Of a stretch of 64,000 bases of DNA, positions 62,001 to 64,000 are shown piece after piece. The first letter of the stretch is position 1. Every line of letters starts with the position of its first letter. The stretch spans positions 43,317 through 107,316 of the forward strand of contig DAONDX010000004.1 in the NCBI GenBank assembly GCA_035402765.1. The letters are read 5' to 3'. This DNA comes from Candidatus Omnitrophota bacterium (GTDB lineage: Bacteria; Omnitrophota; Gorgyraeia; Gygaellales; Profunditerraquicolaceae). The position numbers and the translations under genes are program-made. The notes below the pieces were generated by a model, which saw nothing but the letters and a program-made list of their open reading frames with translations, had not been told where the DNA came from and searched no databases.

Positions 62001-64000
62001 GCAATCAACCGGCAATAAAATTTCTCAATACGATGATCGGCGAACCGGCAACGAATAGGCTTATTGAATTAAGGCAAAAGACAGCCACCCGGCTTTTGAT
62101 AGAATCCGGGCTGGTTAGATCTGAAGACAAAAGCACTTTGTCGCTTTTATTTAAACAGGATAAATTTGTGATTGAAGCGGAGGTGGTAAGCCAGTTGGGG
62201 AGTGTTGAGATATCCAAAAAACTAAATTGGGTCGCCCAGAGATTATCCGCGGAGTTAACCGAATTTTTGCACCGGGAGTATAAGGATAATGCGGCGATCC
62301 AGGATTTTGTTTTTGTGTCTCAGTTCGGAGCAAGTTTACCGGTAAAAGACCAGACTGACGATGCGTATATCTTAGCGGATATCCAGGCGCTACAGGCGGC
62401 TAAAATGGCCAGGCGTCTCGGACAGTCGGAGCGCATCTTTAATTACCAGGAGCTTGATAGTTTATTGCTTCAGGCGGCGGAATTGAGACAGGCATTAGGG
62501 CTGGGCCGGGAAGAAATGGCTTCGGAAGATGAAATGAGAACAGTCAGGGGAAAAACAGTCGAAAGCCTGGAATTGGAAGTAAAAAATGGGGCAGCCGGGG
62601 CGCAAAGGCAGCTACAGCTTAAAAAATATTTAGAAATTCTGGACTTGTTTGACTACCAGAAGTCCTGGCGGCCTAGTCCGGCAGAACGGACAGAACAGGC
62701 CGGTGCTATTTTTTCAGTTTTAGGCCGGTTAGACAGGATCATCCAAAATCGAGATTCTCCTGAGGCTGCCGTGGCTTCTTTACGAAAGGCTTTGTCGGTA
62801 ATTAAAACTAATCCTAAGAATTCTAAGATTGTCTCCGGTGAGGCTTTTCTAGCTAATGCCGCGAAATTACTTGAGGAAGAAGATGTCGTATTGATCGCTA
62901 TGGATGTAGTCGGATTTTGGTCTGATATGCAGAAGCATTTTTCCGCGGCGCACCAGGAGAGTATGAAGATCCCGGTATACCGGGCAGAAGATGGACTGCG
63001 GATGTCAATTTTGATTTTAATTGCGGATGATTTGGTAAAAAGAAAAATGTCAGAGAGGCTTAACGCTTTGATCAAAATAATCGGAGAGGATATTCCCGTT
63101 CTTAATGCTGATGGCACCGATCTTATGCTGATTAATCAGGAGGGGGGAGACGAAATAGTTTTTGCTGTCCGCAAACACGATTGGAATGCTTTAGCCACTA
63201 AGCTCTCCAATCAAAATTTGGGGGTCAGGATCATTGCTAATAGCATCTCTTCAGTCGGTAAGCGACCGGGGCAATCAGATCAAACTCTCTTAGGAAGAGC
63301 TTACACAAATGTTGCCCACGATGTTTTTGGAGAAGCTTATGTTACTACCCAGGAATCGGATAAGAAAGCTAAAGATCTTGAAAAGTTAGGGGTGTATTCG
63401 GCGGTAATTTCTCTGGAGGCCAATGACCGGGGTGCGTCAGAATGGTTTGTTTATTATAAGGGCAAGCGGGCCGCGTATGATGAATTTTTAGAAAAACAAA
63501 TAGCAGAAATGAAGGCATTGGGCACAGATTCTAAATCACCTTCTGCTGACGAATCAGGAGTAACCGGCAGTCCTTCTCAGCCGTATACTAATGCCGTGGC
63601 AAGGGATGTTGTAAGACCGTTATTATCAAAAGGAGAAGAAGAAGGGCAGCTGAGAATATTAGATGTGGGCTCTGGATCGGGGATTACCTCCGTGGCAGCT
63701 GCCCTGTTTGGCGGAGAGGATGTAAAGGTAACCGGTTTAGAACCGGATAAAAATAATGTAGATTTAAGTAATCGGGTAAAGCAATACGCCGGTAATTTAG
63801 ACAGAGAGGGCCTCTTCGATCGATCGGGAGATGTGGAGACGTATGTAGAAGAACTGGAAAGCAGCGGAGAAGTTTCCGAGCCGGTCGATAACGTCGAATT
63901 CCGGGTAGGCAGCGCTACCTTGATACCCTACGCTGACAATTCTTTTAACCGGATAATATATTTTGATGTTAATTCATTTATTTTAAAAGCAAATGACAGG
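59081..64000 (+). CDS. Giant secreted multidomain protein, 5'-complete and 3'-truncated by the window end (at least 1,640 aa). N-terminal signal peptide, class III nucleotidyl-cyclase-homology-like domain, class I SAM-methyltransferase motif.
   Basis: I translated frame 2 by hand from the ATG at 59081 and saw no stop codon through 64000 (4,920 nt). The six-frame track lists no complete + ORF here, only short - strand ORFs, which is consistent with a single unterminated ORF. An in-frame TAG at 59069-59071 precedes the ATG. N-terminus MKKPKSLKVIAIILCGLLIFQQTGFAQVAS has a Sec signal with an AxA site. Cyclase-like motifs at about 62.9-63.3 kb: VLIAMDVVGFWS, ILILIADD, GGDEIVFAV, GVRIIANSISSVGKRPG...GRAYTNVAHD. 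MTase motif I LRILDVGSGSG at about 63.66 kb. Confidence 0.7.
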   Translation, partial: MKKPKSLKVIAIILCGLLIFQQTGFAQVASVELNIAGHIASFHNTFFPEKFRPLHLRSISYDELNNDFKLLLDKGDEQKLKNQDIELTAKDLLNYFFVGIALPNDAFWVNLRPDSPNDIIDPFLAQTEVGKIFLEADLQLKKDAANATNPQTIEGKEYWDKLYRKAAEIYGTQEVTIPTLTRPWIVPDEVIIRESTDSAYVYKATLKVMLEQDYLKGNAAYSFKDEREKQLNEYSTQLIKEDIVPKLTKEINTAKRYAPLRQVYYSLILAQWFKARNQNKNNQYAERIDRKDLANLQARVPYSVSTYFNAYQENFAKGEYNIKAPVSTPYGQVIRSYFSGGISVTALVAPALGELPSGAVTVLPDTNAYLPKGTDLPALASANGEVSLAGPSAGQVLASPEETLDEEYARLNNELWSLDPQKDAAKLGPIKKRMREIDNKLRPVDLGGSSAGESGSGQGNGPGGMEKPEDAAAYASLPSLDELPSEAQQNVKNSIEGLEKDIERLENAVREFESASSKQMVMEDGSRRNVPETLMARLRFNFPGLVNAQTESSIPSITGGRSINMAEYLVTRELIAVAERLNKMMPDWLARIKNKNTAMGEWLSWIQMGAVEQQMSIIPFQSLIATRLRDQESIENIDQAFGKGRDLLIHSASPEVISKILERNVLASRLQQRKRFGEDVQSTVLLSNRAMPKGAEEELNQIVFGYNQWFTGYGAFAIILPARPVLANNQFSEWDGIHVFDLNNQGFAQDLFAVPFVLVAAPEGESEVRGMLQKYAERLLADNPDLDISSWVENHIKVLSVDSLKPTVNSSGVNIRSLSDQEQNEIWSMMQRQSNANTLVPQAGHFLPTGKRERMFKNVEQEQYIYHINAQQILPSPGLDKRVPSPASLNVAEGVERREDAARRNAIDRIKTRIEDYQAFEQLIGGIINKLEAGQPLLAEDISVLNEFKDRIILKNSLVALYLKTHPGDVIVVSNQPAIKFLNTMIGEPATNRLIELRQKTATRLLIESGLVRSEDKSTLSLLFKQDKFVIEAEVVSQLGSVEISKKLNWVAQRLSAELTEFLHREYKDNAAIQDFVFVSQFGASLPVKDQTDDAYILADIQALQAAKMARRLGQSERIFNYQELDSLLLQAAELRQALGLGREEMASEDEMRTVRGKTVESLELEVKNGAAGAQRQLQLKKYLEILDLFDYQKSWRPSPAERTEQAGAIFSVLGRLDRIIQNRDSPEAAVASLRKALSVIKTNPKNSKIVSGEAFLANAAKLLEEEDVVLIAMDVVGFWSDMQKHFSAAHQESMKIPVYRAEDGLRMSILILIADDLVKRKMSERLNALIKIIGEDIPVLNADGTDLMLINQEGGDEIVFAVRKHDWNALATKLSNQNLGVRIIANSISSVGKRPGQSDQTLLGRAYTNVAHDVFGEAYVTTQESDKKAKDLEKLGVYSAVISLEANDRGASEWFVYYKGKRAAYDEFLEKQIAEMKALGTDSKSPSADESGVTGSPSQPYTNAVARDVVRPLLSKGEEEGQLRILDVGSGSGITSVAAALFGGEDVKVTGLEPDKNNVDLSNRVKQYAGNLDREGLFDRSGDVETYVEELESSGEVSEPVDNVEFRVGSATLIPYADNSFNRIIYFDVNSFILKANDR

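Overview
This 64-kb window is AT-rich (roughly 40% GC by eye, not computed) and looks like the chromosome of an anaerobic, Gram-negative-type bacterium. Nearly every gene is on the + strand; only lpxB and a Gfo/Idh/MocA oxidoreductase are on the - strand. Genes in order:
- The 3' end of a P-type cation ATPase.
- A complete F-type ATP synthase operon (atpZ-like, atpBEFHAGDC) whose epsilon subunit is C-terminally truncated.
- rex, followed by a four-subunit Hnd-type NADH-dependent [FeFe]-hydrogenase (NuoE-like, small 2Fe-2S subunit, NuoF-like, HydA). After it come a TM1266-like regulator and the maturases hydG, hydE and hydF.
- nfnAB-like ferredoxin:NADP oxidoreductase and gdhA.
- A tandem pair of signalling genes with related N-terminal domains; the second is an HD-GYP phosphodiesterase.
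- A UPF0371-like protein, a beta-CASP nuclease, an orphan L27-like protein, an M48 peptidase, the lpxB/Gfo/msbA envelope genes, and rpsB-tsf-pyrH-frr.
- A cluster of tRNA-Lys(TTT), tRNA-Leu(TAG) and tRNA-Gly(GCC) with unusual flanking repeat fragments.
- A regulatory PTS cluster (ptsN, a membrane-anchored YvcK homologue, ptsH, ptsI).
- A nucleotidyltransferase, metK, ahcY, pfkA, a long class II aldolase, ilvD, ilvB, ilvN, ilvC, leuA, aroE, pilD, malQ, ttcA, rmuC, yggU and pgeF.

The most unusual feature is at the 3' end. The window ends inside a giant ORF (at least 1,640 codons, no stop before position 64000). It encodes an N-terminal signal peptide, a class III nucleotidyl-cyclase-like domain and a class I SAM-methyltransferase motif, which is reminiscent of the giant genes of uncultivated diderm phyla such as Omnitrophota. 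That affiliation is an inference, not a database result.

I found no transposase, integrase or CRISPR array. Gene functions are inferred from motifs I recognise in the supplied translations; no database search was run.
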